Below, piece by piece: positions 9,099 to 19,891 of a stretch of DNA of 24,000 bases; the first letter of the stretch is position 1; every line of letters starts with the position of its first letter. The notes under the pieces are model-generated. The model saw nothing but the letters and a program-made list of their open reading frames with translations. It had not been told where the DNA came from and did no database searches. The DNA is taken from the NCBI RefSeq assembly GCF_061271975.1, contig NZ_JBWPXN010000002.1; one strand, given 5' to 3'. The translations under genes were made by a program, and so were the position numbers.

Positions 9099-9266
9099 TT
9101 ATATGCTTTTGTGTGTGGTGGTTAGGTAATCAAGAAGATAAATGATGAAGTGTGCCAGTTCAGGATCAATGTTTCCATGGGAAAGCCATTTATTAATAAT
9201 ATCAATTAAGTTCGAAAGCTCAGGGAAGATTTGTTCAATGTTTTCCTCTGTCTCCCGCACAGTCAT
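9099..9266 (-). CDS. Small hypothetical protein (55 aa)
   Basis: ATG at 9266 preceded by AAGGAGACGTCGCTAT: MTVRETEENIEQIFPELSNLIDIINKWLSHGNIDPELAHFIIYLLDYLTTTHKSI. Followed by a matching minus-strand terminator. Confidence 0.55.
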   Translation of the reverse strand: MTVRETEENIEQIFPELSNLIDIINKWLSHGNIDPELAHFIIYLLDYLTTTHKSI

Positions 9267-9499
9267 ATAGCGACGTCTCCTTGGGGATTGAAAACAAAAA
9301 CAATAATACAACAAGTATGAAACAGAAGGTAGGTGGCAGGGGCGGAACAGGAAAACGCATGAGGGCGCTTCCTGGGGGAGATGCCTGGTATCTTTAGGGT
9401 TCAGTTTTGAGATCGGGAATTTTTGTACATTAAGTGCATTATTTAATCAATTGAAACGCGTAATGGATTGATTTTATCAGCAACTATCGCGTTTAAGTT

Positions 9500-9690
9500 G
9501 TCGATCATATTTGAGTTGTCTCATTAAGGTCGAATCCCCTGAAAGCGGCGTATAACGTAGGAGTTCCCCTCTATAGCAATAGGTAAGGCTGTTCAAAAAA
9601 GGCTTACCGAATGGAAGGGACTTCCCCTGGATATGCACCTGATTAACTCTTGTGCAATCATGGGGTAAACATAGCCTGGAGAGATTCGTT
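9500..9690 (+). ncRNA. Candidate bridge (guide) RNA region of the IS110-like element
   Basis: Long non-coding leader directly 5' of an IS110-family transposase with pairing segments such as GGTAAG...CTTACC (about 9582-9610) and GTTCCCC...GGGACTT. Boundaries approximate. Confidence 0.35.
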
Positions 9691-10712
9691 ATGACCATCA
9701 CTACTATCGGTATCGATCTTGCTAAAAATGTGTTCGCTGTTCATGGGGTTGACCAAAATGGCAAAACCGTTCTGGTGAAATCCAGAGTAACCCGCGCAGC
9801 TCTTCCCGGGCTGATTGCAAGTTTACCGCCCTGTGTTATCGGGATGGAGGCGTGCTCCGGGGCTCATTACTGGGCAAGATTGTTTCTGCAATATGGCATG
9901 AGCCGCGTCTGATGGCCGCTAAATTTGTATCTCCATACCGCATGGCCGGTAAATCAGGGAAAAATGATGCAGCTGATGCTCAGGCTATCTGCGAAGCGGT
10001 TCGTCGCCCACATATGCGGTTTGTTCCAGTTAAGGACGAGAGCCAGCAGGCGATGCAGTGTCTGCATCGTACCCGACAGGGTTTTATCGAAGAGAAAACA
10101 GCAACATATAATCGTCTTCGAGGGTTGATATCAGAATCCGGCGTCATTGCCCCACAAAGTACAGATGCTTTGCGGCACATGGTTTCTGCGCAGAAGAGCT
10201 CTTTACCTCTTCAGGTTCAGCAATGTGTAGATGATTTACTGGAACACGTTGATCGCATTGAAGCTAACATCACTGAATATGACCGAATTTTGTCCCGCAT
10301 AGCCAAAACAGATCACCGCAGTCAGCGGCTGATGAAGCTAAAAGGAGTTGGTCCCACAACTGCCTGTGCTCTGGTTGCCTGTATCGGTAATGCACATGAT
10401 TTTAAAAATGGACGGCAACTGGCGACCTGGCTGGGGTTGACTCCATCGCAATACAGTAGCGGCGGAAAGTCGAAGTTAGGCAGGATAACAAAAGCCGGTG
10501 ATTCGTATCTGCGAACGCTTCTGGTACAGGGGGCTCGTTCAGTACTGATTGGCGCTGAGAAAAGGACTGACTTATTCAGTCGTTGGGTCTGTTCACTGGT
10601 CGAACGCAGAGGATACTGGCGCGCTGTTGTGGCCATCGCCGCCAAAAATGCAAGGCTGTGCTGGGCATCATTGCATTACGGTGATGATTTCAGGCTGTAT
10701 TCAGCAAGCTAA
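9691..10712 (+). pseudogene. IS110-family transposase, interrupted by a frameshift near 9895-9905
   Basis: MTITTIGIDLAKNVFAVHGVDQNGKTV...VIGMEACSGAHYWARLFLQYG | (frame change) HEPRLMAAKFVSPYRMAGKSGKNDAADAQAICEAVRRPHMRFVPVK...LMKLKGVGPTTACALVACIGNAHDFKNGRQLATWLGLTPSQYSSGGK. DEDD-type residues and the C-terminal TPSQ.SSGGK region are present. Confidence 0.88.
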
Positions 10713-10815
10713 AGCAGGAAGAAACCGTATGACCACCTGATCTGCAACTCGTTGATGATAAAGGGTTAGACCCCGTGAGGTATATCTGATTATTGTACAG
10801 GATATACGTATCCGC

Positions 10816-11196
10816 TTAACGAACAAGAGCCTCACGCGCGTCTTTCATCAGGGTCCGAATCGATAGCGATTCATTATGGCCGTTTATAGTACCGCAGTCT
10901 CTCCCCTTTATTTTTAACTGTAGTGCAGACACAAACCATAAATACCGACGTTGACTGTTCGGGGAAGCCCTTATAGTACAATAATTCGCTATATCCAGAC
11001 GGCCCCCCTTGTCATACAAGCTCGTAAGCGGCCCTGACGGCCTGTCAATGCGGTACTGCCCTGTCGGGACTGCTCTACCCACATAAGTTTCTACATAGCT
11101 TGAAGCTGGATGGGGAGGTATTACGGCTTTAGCCGTAATACTTTCTTCGTCCTCGCAGCGCTGACAGTTTTCAGGGATCAAATTTAGGTCCGCCAT
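10816..11196 (-). CDS. Hypothetical protein (126 aa)
   Basis: ATG at 11196 with a nearby CGGAG; [58 protein letters not shown]... No family recognised. Confidence 0.45.
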   Translation of the reverse strand: MADLNLIPENCQRCEDEESITAKAVIPPHPASSYVETYVGRAVPTGQYRIDRPSGPLTSLYDKGGRLDIANYCTIRASPNSQRRYLWFVSALQLKIKGRDCGTINGHNESLSIRTLMKDAREALVR

Positions 11197-11541
11197 ACAC
11201 TCCGTAAAGATTCTGTCAGTTCACAGGTATTACCTAGTGAAGACGTATCATAAAATGAAAACTGTAGTTGGGTAGTTGCTCCCCCTCACGGCATGCAGGG
11301 GCTGAGGGGGAAAATTTCCTTATCTTGTTGTTGCTATTTCTGGCTTAGTCAGTTTTGAATTTTGCTTCCTAAGCAATAATCCCCTCACCGCAACAATCGT
11401 TCTTCTACACTAATAAGATCCGAAAAAAGGTAAAACCGGAACTTAATGAAATTACGGAGAATTTGACTGATATCCACTACCCCATTCTTCCGGCGTGCTA
11501 TCTATACAGGCTGGTACATCTCATTTAGTCCGGAGGTTGTT

Positions 11542-11832
11542 ATGGGCGTCAAAATCACAGGTTTAGACAAAATGCAGAAACAGCTAAAAGAGGTTGAGAG
11601 AGCAACGGAGGCCTTAAACGGAAGTTATGATGTTCGTTTTGATGCTAACGATCCTAGCAGCATTGAGAACGCAATTCAGGAAGCCTACTCCATGGTGGAC
11701 GAACGCGCTTCTGGTTATGCCACTAATCCTATGGTCAGTCCATTAATCGAACACATGAAAGAAAATCTGCGCCAACAGATTCTGGACAGAGCAGAACAAC
11801 AAAGACAGGAGAGCGGGCAGGATGGCAATTGA
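11542..11832 (+). CDS. Small protein (96 aa) overlapping the TIR-like gene; N-terminus resembles phage HK97-gp10-like tail proteins
   Basis: ATG preceded by GGAGG (CCGGAGGTTGTT); MGVKITGLDKMQKQLKEVERATEALNGSYDVRFDANDPSSIENAIQEAYSMVDERASGYATNPMVSPLIEHMKENLRQQILDRAEQQRQESGQDGN. Confidence 0.85.
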   Translation: MGVKITGLDKMQKQLKEVERATEALNGSYDVRFDANDPSSIENAIQEAYSMVDERASGYATNPMVSPLIEHMKENLRQQILDRAEQQRQESGQDGN

Positions 11833-12721
11833 TATCTTTCAGTCACTTAAAAATTGCGTATTCGACCTTCAGCGCGCTGACGTTCAGAACTATCAGCAAC
11901 CTCTTAAGCAATTGGCCCGGCTCTTGAACTCAGAGAATCTGCAGTCAGTTAATGCACATCTGACCCGCAATGTTGAACTTGATACCTTTCTGGCCAGGAG
12001 TGAAGATACTGAATCCAGCATGGTTGGTTCCGCTGTTCTACAGTGGCCTGATGAGCCTGCTGATATTTTGGGCCTGAAGTTGCTGCTGATCGAGAAAATG
12101 GCAGACGATAACAATTTTTCCTTTAATTTCTGTCATACATTTTTCTATGATCGAAACATTATAGAATCCATTCGAAAATTCACGTCGTCATTAGTTGCCC
12201 CGTTCGTGCGCGATTACCAGTTGTATGTGGAAAACCAACACGATCCTGAGCCTGCAGTGTTTCGGCCGGTTTCCCGAAAAATTTTTATTGTTCATGGCCA
12301 TGATAATGATGCCCTTCAGTCTGTTGCCCGTTTTATATCCCGGATAGGTCTTGAGGAAATCATTCTTTCAGAACGTCCTGACGGCTCCAGGACGATTATC
12401 GAGAAATTTGAAGCGGAGTCAGGGGATGTCAGTTTTGCCATCGTGCTGATGACGCCCGACGATAGCGGCAGTGCTCTGGCATCTGAAAGCACACGTCTCC
12501 GCGCACGCCAGAATGTCCTGTATGAGCTCGGATATTTCGCCGGGAAGCTTGGACGCGGGAAAGTACTTGTACTCAGGAAGGGAGATATCGAAATCCCTTC
12601 AGATCTTGCCGGGGTTCTCTATACCGAGCTTGATGAGCATGGTGGATGGAAACGCAAACTGCTGAGTGAGCTTGCGTATGCCGGTGTTCCTTTTGACAAG
12701 GATAAAGCATTAAGCGCCTGA
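11822..12721 (+). CDS. Predicted nucleotide-binding protein with C-terminal TIR-like domain (CAP12/Pycsar-effector-type TIR)
   Basis: 299 aa. KIFIVHGHDNDALQSVARFISRIGLEEIILSERPDGSRTIIEKFEAESGDVSFAIVLMTPDDSG...ARQNVLYELGYFAGKLGRGKVLVLRKGDIEIPSDLAGVLYTELDEHGGWKRKLLSEL is the PF10137-type signature. 11-nt overlap with the upstream gene. Confidence 0.88.
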   Translation: MAIDIFQSLKNCVFDLQRADVQNYQQPLKQLARLLNSENLQSVNAHLTRNVELDTFLARSEDTESSMVGSAVLQWPDEPADILGLKLLLIEKMADDNNFSFNFCHTFFYDRNIIESIRKFTSSLVAPFVRDYQLYVENQHDPEPAVFRPVSRKIFIVHGHDNDALQSVARFISRIGLEEIILSERPDGSRTIIEKFEAESGDVSFAIVLMTPDDSGSALASESTRLRARQNVLYELGYFAGKLGRGKVLVLRKGDIEIPSDLAGVLYTELDEHGGWKRKLLSELAYAGVPFDKDKALSA

Positions 12722-12742
12722 TCCCCTTCATTTAGTAAGAAA

Positions 12743-12768
12743 AAGGCCGCTAAGCGGCCTTAATTTTT
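12743..12768. terminator. Terminator between the convergent TIR-like gene and pifA (possibly bidirectional)
   Basis: AAGGCCGC-TAA-GCGGCCTT followed by AATTTTT; preceded by AAAAA. Confidence 0.82.
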
Positions 12769-12770
12769 GG

Positions 12771-14996
12771 TCAGTCGTCATTTTCCAGCGCTGTTTTGAG
12801 CGCTTCCTGCTCCGGAGTCAGCTCGTTGCCGGACAGCATAACTTTCAACTTCTCTTCGACTGCTGGCCAGTCATCAAAGAACGGACTGACCTGGTCACGC
12901 GCAATCCGGCGATATGCCCCTCGGTGGGAGCTGAAGACACTGGTCTGTAATCGTATCAACAGGTTAACAAGGCCTTCATCAGTGGTAGTAACTTCTCTGA
13001 CCCATTGCTTCACGGTTTCACCTGAACTCATGTCTCTCCAGGCGTAGAGATACCCGAGAAGAGACTTGCGCAGGAGAAGCTGTTGCTGAAGTTCTGGTTG
13101 ATTCATACGTTCCGCAAACCTGTCACGCAACCGCTCCGTAATATCGCGACTGAAAAGAGCGTCTGAAGGCGAAGGTACTGCATTCTGAGCAAGTCCATGT
13201 TCCCAGATAAGATCCCGCATAAAATCGGCTATCCAGAACGGCGAAGCACCCGTAACGATCAGTTTTTCCATAAGCGTGATCGTTCTGGTCTCATCAATAT
13301 CCTGCATATGCTTCAGCAGATGCCGTACAACCTCATTAATGGCCATTTCACGCAGGGAAAACCATGGGTTACGGATACTGAAGCGAGTGCTCACCTCATC
13401 GGTGTGATCGAAGAAAAAATGAACCAGTCCTGCGCACTCTTCGAAATTACGTTCTCTTATCAGGCCTGGAGTGAGTCTGCTCAGTATATGTTCAAACCAG
13501 GTTCCGGACAGACTGCCCACACTGTTGATTTTTGAGAGCAGCAATTCAGAAAGCTGCTGCTGTTTTTCCGATACGCCAGCCTGCTCAAAAAGCTGTCTGA
13601 AGAATTCAGGTGGCAGAACATTCTGTGGTGAGGAGAAGGCAAAATAATATCGCCAGTGCGTCAGGCTGCTGAGTCGTTTACCGGTCGTCTGGATATGACG
13701 AAAATCCTCACTGACGGGCTCAAAAAGATTCAGATATTCATCATTATGTCCACTGATACCTGGGATCCAGTCTGCAAGTGTCAGAAAGGAGTCTGCATTT
13801 GATGCCCTGAACGTCTTCATACATCTGATAAGCCCCTCCCGGAAGTCTGCTTTCTCTCCGTCAGAAAGTATACCCTGACCGGCTTCAATCACGGACCGCT
13901 CTGTCAGGTAATGCTCTGTCCAGTCATACAGAGCCGGGTTTGTCACCCGTATAAGCTGAAGCAGGCACAAATCAGGGAAATAAACAAAATCCCGCATCCC
14001 CGGATAAAGAAAAATCAGGGAATTAATGGCCTGATGGATTTCCCGTGGCGTCGAAAGTGCGGCACCATAGGTATCAGTCACCGCGATGAGATCCCTTACC
14101 ATTCCAGAGTCTGGCGGTTCATTATTAATTTGCTGATATAGAGCCTCAGCCCGCTGGCGAAATTCATTACGTAAATCAAAGGCTTCAGGTCGGGGTAATT
14201 TAAAACTAAGCTGAATGATTTTCTGGAGATAACGGCTGCCATCTTCGATATTCAGCGCATGTTCAACGGCATGAGTGATAATCTGCCTGTCATAACAGAG
14301 AATATGGGTAAAGCGGGGCAGGTCGGCTACTGCACGCACAAGCCTGAACACTTCCGCCACCTGGGATGGCTCCAGTCGGTCCAGATCATCCATGACAACA
14401 ATGAACTTCAGATCCAGACTCACCAGTTGTCCTGCAATTTCAGCCCGAAGCTTTGTCGTGGTTTTCTGATCAACAGCCAGACGGCTGTCTGAAAATACCT
14501 TTATTCCGCCTGCTATCCAGTTAATAATGCTGGAAAACTGTCCGATATATTGAACCAGTGGAAGGACGCGCGATGAAGTATCCTGAGCATACTCAATCAC
14601 TTTTTGAGCTTCCGGTGACAACAGATATTTACGCCAGAGCTTTTTGAAGCCCTTCGGGGGATAGCGTATTTCCATTTCCTGCTGGATAACCGTGGCAACC
14701 GGAAGAAAGAGCGCTTCAACCGGACTGCCGCCACTCAGCCAGGGAGAAATATGCAGCACATGCGTGTGAGCATCTTTTTTCAGGGCAAGGTTTCTCAGGA
14801 TCAGATTAAGGAGGCTTGTTTTACCCGATCCCCATGCACCTTCTATTCCGACAACATTTGAAGCCTCCAGAGGAAGAGTAAGGATGGAACGGGATATATT
14901 TTCTGCGATATTACCGAAACCGTATCGATCCTCAGGTACATCTTCAACTGCCGCATCAAGCCCTTTCTGGTTCCACAGCTGCCTCAGTATCTTCAT
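12771..14996 (-). CDS. pifA: KAP-family P-loop NTPase, PifA-like phage exclusion protein
   Basis: 741 aa; Walker A GIEGAWGSGKTSLLN, Walker B FIVVMDDLDRLEPSQVAEVFRLVRAVADLP; directly downstream of pifC as in F. Confidence 0.85.
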   Translation of the reverse strand: MKILRQLWNQKGLDAAVEDVPEDRYGFGNIAENISRSILTLPLEASNVVGIEGAWGSGKTSLLNLILRNLALKKDAHTHVLHISPWLSGGSPVEALFLPVATVIQQEMEIRYPPKGFKKLWRKYLLSPEAQKVIEYAQDTSSRVLPLVQYIGQFSSIINWIAGGIKVFSDSRLAVDQKTTTKLRAEIAGQLVSLDLKFIVVMDDLDRLEPSQVAEVFRLVRAVADLPRFTHILCYDRQIITHAVEHALNIEDGSRYLQKIIQLSFKLPRPEAFDLRNEFRQRAEALYQQINNEPPDSGMVRDLIAVTDTYGAALSTPREIHQAINSLIFLYPGMRDFVYFPDLCLLQLIRVTNPALYDWTEHYLTERSVIEAGQGILSDGEKADFREGLIRCMKTFRASNADSFLTLADWIPGISGHNDEYLNLFEPVSEDFRHIQTTGKRLSSLTHWRYYFAFSSPQNVLPPEFFRQLFEQAGVSEKQQQLSELLLSKINSVGSLSGTWFEHILSRLTPGLIRERNFEECAGLVHFFFDHTDEVSTRFSIRNPWFSLREMAINEVVRHLLKHMQDIDETRTITLMEKLIVTGASPFWIADFMRDLIWEHGLAQNAVPSPSDALFSRDITERLRDRFAERMNQPELQQQLLLRKSLLGYLYAWRDMSSGETVKQWVREVTTTDEGLVNLLIRLQTSVFSSHRGAYRRIARDQVSPFFDDWPAVEEKLKVMLSGNELTPEQEALKTALENDD

Positions 14997-14997
14997 A

Positions 14998-16101
14998 TTA
15001 CAGATCTCCGTACAGGCAGCGCAGCCCGGTCAGGGCCTCCGCCAGCGGGCCTTCTTGACACCGCGTGGCGAGCTCCCGGACCAGCGTCTCAAAGGCCTCC
15101 GCCGGCATAAAAATCCGCAGGCCGTCTATCCCGAAGAAGCCCTCCGGCGTGACGTTTCCGGGCGGGGAGAACATCACTCGCTCCCCCTGGTGACCGTGCG
15201 TCAGGGCTTCCGGATGCCGGGCATACAGCGTGAACAGGCCCAGCAGTTCGGATAACGCTTCCCAGCCGTACGGCACCACGAAGTCCTGGCCGGTGATCAG
15301 CAGGTGCAGACGGGGTGTGGTGTACCAGGCCCCCGGGCGTTCTCCGGGGTGCTGGCCGTCAACGCGGATCTCCAGGCGCAGCGTGCCGGCCTCAATGGTT
15401 TCCGTGACGGCAGAAATAACCGGGCGCAGCTCCTGTGCCAGCGTTCTTGCCTGTTCTGTGTTCCAGTCCAGGCCGCGCAGCATCAACGGGAAAATAGCTT
15501 TCAGCCGCGGCAGGGTGAAGATTTCTGCCAGCACCGCGTCCGGCACCTCCGCCAGGCCAAAACAGTCGCTCTCGAGCGGACGCAGGAGGTGTTCGGCATA
15601 CATCTGATCCACCACGGGGCGCAGCGCTGCCCGGAAGGCTTCAAACTCTTCCGTCCAGTTTTTTCCGGCCAGGCGGAAAATCCCCTTCAGGTAGTGACCG
15701 TCCACAGGGCGATCGTGCTCCACCTGCCAGGCCAGCAGGTTGCCAGTGATGTCCAGCAGCGTGTCCAGGGCCGGGAGTGTGGCCAGCCTATTATGCCCGC
15801 GTAGGAAGGCCTCCCTGACGTGAACCAGGACAAAGCGCAGTTCGTCGCGGGAGAGCGCTGACGTGCCGAAGGTCTGGCCCAGAATGATATGCCGGTACAG
15901 CTGCCGGACCGTGGCCTCCGGATCGGCAATGAGCTGAAAATACCCGTCACCGGGCGCGACCGTTTTCAGGCCGTCATCGAGGAAGCGTTCGGCTAGGGCG
16001 TTGACCGAAGTATTTTCCCGACCGGCACGCGTTTTCAGCGCCTCGATAAGTTTTTTGTGAAAACGCAGGTTAAGCTGGCTTAGCATCATCGATCCTTTCA
16101 T
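14998..16101 (-). CDS. pifC: PifC transcriptional repressor
   Basis: MMLSQLNLRFHKKLIEALKTRAGRENTSVNALAERFLDDGLKTVAPGDGYFQLIADPEATVRQ..., recognised as F PifC. The exact start may be M1, M5 or M6 of this ORF. Confidence 0.93.
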   Translation of the reverse strand: MKGSMMLSQLNLRFHKKLIEALKTRAGRENTSVNALAERFLDDGLKTVAPGDGYFQLIADPEATVRQLYRHIILGQTFGTSALSRDELRFVLVHVREAFLRGHNRLATLPALDTLLDITGNLLAWQVEHDRPVDGHYLKGIFRLAGKNWTEEFEAFRAALRPVVDQMYAEHLLRPLESDCFGLAEVPDAVLAEIFTLPRLKAIFPLMLRGLDWNTEQARTLAQELRPVISAVTETIEAGTLRLEIRVDGQHPGERPGAWYTTPRLHLLITGQDFVVPYGWEALSELLGLFTLYARHPEALTHGHQGERVMFSPPGNVTPEGFFGIDGLRIFMPAEAFETLVRELATRCQEGPLAEALTGLRCLYGDL

Positions 16102-16665
16102 GTTTGTTTTGTTCTTAATGCTAACCTAGCATTTTATTATTAGCTATTAATCAGTTTTTTAGTTTTTGAAAATTGTGATGCTTCTAAAATTACTAAAATT
16201 GAGGATTTTAATGCTACAACAATGCCTGCCTCTTCTTATTTCTCCGGAGATCCGAAAACCCCAAGTTACGGATCTTCCTCTCCCTCCACACAGCGTTACA
16301 TCCCGTCAGCACAGCATGTAGTGCCTCATACAGTTGCCCATGGCACTATATGTTGTGTTGTATCTCTGGACTGTGATGCGCCGCGCAGGGGCGGAAAACA
16401 GCGATATGATGATTTTCTCAGCGTTGTACACTTCCGGAAAGTCGTTTATTCAAATAAAGTCGGATCCATACGAAACGGGAATGCGGTAATTACGCTTTGT
16501 TTTTATAAGTCAGATTTTAATTTTTATTGGTTAACATAACGAAAGGTAAAATACATAAGGCTTACTAAAAGCCAGATAACAGTATGCGTATTTGCGCGCT
16601 GATTTTTGCGGCATAAGAATATATACTGATATGTATACCCGAAGTATGTCAAAAAGAGGTGTGCT

Positions 16666-17191
<526 letters not shown>

Positions 17192-17998
17192 ATGTCAGGC
17201 TCCGTTATACACAGCCAGTCTGCAGTCATGGTACCGGCAGTGTATTCTGCCGGGCAGCCTGCATCGCTGCCTGTTGCCATTGATTATCCGGCAGCTCTGG
17301 CACTTCGCCAGATGTCGATGGTCCATGATGAACTGCCAAAATATCTGCTGGCTCCGGAAGTGAGTGCCCTGCTCCATTACGTCCCGGATCTGCACCGCAA
17401 GATGCTGCTGGCCACACTGTGGAACACCGGAGCACGCATTAATGAAGCACTGGCGCTGACGCGGGGGGATTTTTCGCTTGCGCCTCCGTATCCGTTTGTG
17501 CAGCTTGCGACCCTGAAACAACGGACCGAAAAAGCTGCCAGGACGGCGGGGAGAATGCCCGCCGGTCAGCAGACTCACCGGCTGGTTCCGCTCTCTGACT
17601 CCTGGTACGTCAGCCAGCTGCAGACGATGGTGGCAACACTGAAAATACCCATGGAGCGGCGTAACCGTCGCACAGGAAGGACAGAGAAAGCGCGGATCTG
17701 GGAAGTGACGGACAGAACGGTCAGGACCTGGATTGGGGAGGCGGTTGCCGCCGCTGCTGCTGACGGTGTGACGTTCTCTGTTCCGGTCACACCACATACG
17801 TTCCGCCATTCCTATGCGATGCACATGCTGTATGCCGGTATACCGCTGAAAGTTCTGCAAAGCCTGATGGGACATAAGTCCATCAGTTCAACGGAAGTCT
17901 ACACGAAGGTTTTTGCGCTGGATGTGGCTGCCCGGCACCGGGTGCAGTTTGCGATGCCGGAGTCTGATGCGGTTGCGATGCTGAAACAATTATCCTGA
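17192..17998 (+). CDS. resD: ResD (D protein) tyrosine resolvase
   Basis: 268 aa; HTFRHSYAMHMLYAGIPLKVLQSLMGHKSISSTEVYTKVFALD; directly after ccdB as in F. Confidence 0.97.
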   Translation: MSGSVIHSQSAVMVPAVYSAGQPASLPVAIDYPAALALRQMSMVHDELPKYLLAPEVSALLHYVPDLHRKMLLATLWNTGARINEALALTRGDFSLAPPYPFVQLATLKQRTEKAARTAGRMPAGQQTHRLVPLSDSWYVSQLQTMVATLKIPMERRNRRTGRTEKARIWEVTDRTVRTWIGEAVAAAAADGVTFSVPVTPHTFRHSYAMHMLYAGIPLKVLQSLMGHKSISSTEVYTKVFALDVAARHRVQFAMPESDAVAMLKQLS

Positions 17999-18352
17999 GA
18001 ATAAATGCCTTGGCCTTTATATGGAAATGTGGAACTGAGTGGATATGCTGTTTTTGTCTGTTAAACAGAGAAGCTGGCTGTTATCCACTGAGAAGCGAAC
18101 GAAACAGTCGGGAAAATCTCCCATTATCGTAGAGATCCGCATTATTAATCTCAGGAGCCTGTGTAGCGTTTATAGGAAGTAGTGTTCTGTCATGATGCCT
18201 GCAAGCGGTAACGAAAACGATTTGAATATGCCTTCAGGAACAATAGAAATCTTCGTGCGGTGTTACGTTGAAGTGGAGCGGATTATGTCAGCAATGGACA
18301 GAACAACCTAATGAACACAGAACCATGATGTGGTCTGTCCTTTTACAGCCAG

Positions 18353-18406
18353 TAGTGCTCGCCGCAGTCGAGCGACAGGGCGAAGCCCTCGAGTGAGCGA
18401 GGAAGC
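18353..18406 (-). other. 54-nt motif copy B (possible ssi/primosome-type site)
   Basis: rc: GCTTCCTCGCTCACTCGAGGGCTTCGCCCTGTCGCTCGACTGCGGCGAGCACTA. Confidence 0.45.
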
Positions 18407-18467
18407 ACCAGGGAACAGCACTTATATATTCTGCTTACACACGATGCCTGAAAAAACTTCCCTTGGG

Positions 18468-18680
18468 GTTATCCACTTATCCACGGGGATATTTTTATAA
18501 TTATTTTTTTTATAGTTTTTAGATCTTCTTTTTTAGAGCGCCTTGTAGGCCTTTATCCATGCTGGTTCTAGAGAAGGTGTTGTGACAAATTGCCCTTTCA
18601 GTGTGACAAATCACCCTCAAATGACAGTCCTGTCTGTGACAAATTGCCCTTAACCCTGTGACAAATTGCCCTCAGAAGAA
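18468..18680. other. ori2 (RepFIA origin): DnaA boxes, AT-rich segment and four RepE iterons
   Basis: GGTTATCCACTTATCCACGGGG, then AT-rich ATATTTTTATAATTATTTTTTTTAT, then TGTGACAAAT-type iterons at 18581, 18602, 18635, 18657. Confidence 0.93.
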
Positions 18681-18727
18681 GCTGTTTTTTCACAAAGTTA
18701 TCCCTGCTTATTGACTCTTTTTTATTT

Positions 18728-19527
<800 letters not shown>

Positions 19528-19529
19528 TC

Positions 19530-19781
19530 TGAGGGTTATCTGTCACAGATTTGAGGGTGGTTCGTCACATTTGTTCTGACCTACTGAGGGTAATTTGTCA
19601 CAGTTTTGCTGTTTCCTTCAGCCTGCATGGATTTTCTCATACTTTTTGAACTGTAATTTTTAAGGAAGCCAAATTTGAGGGCAGTTTGTCACAGTTGATT
19701 TCCTTCTCTTTCCCTTCGTCATGTGACCTGATATCGGGGGTTAGTTCGTCATCATTGATGAGGGTTGATTATCACAGTTTA
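19530..19781. repeat. incC iteron cluster
   Basis: TGAGGG(x)nTxGTCACA-type repeats starting near 19530, 19552, 19586, 19675, 19735 (degenerate) and 19759. Confidence 0.85.
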
Positions 19782-19891
19782 TTACTCTGAATTGGCTATC
19801 CGCGTGTGTACCTCTACCTGGAGTTTTTCCCACGGTGGATATTTCTTCTTGCGCTGAGCGTAAGAGCTATCTGACAGAACAGTTCTTCTTT

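Noticed and set aside
13197-15804. Plus-strand ORFs inside pifA/pifC (13197-13535, 13911-14141, 14259-14492, 14884-15255, 15304-15804)
   Set aside because: Antisense to long, recognised genes; no supporting SD or family.
16222-16539. 105-aa ORF between pifC and ccdA
   Set aside because: Lies in the known non-coding F region containing pif control sequences and ori1/rfsF-type sites; composition not protein-like.
17195-17875. 226-aa minus-strand ORF opposite resD
   Set aside because: Arises from codon bias of the resD coding strand; content has no protein-like motifs.
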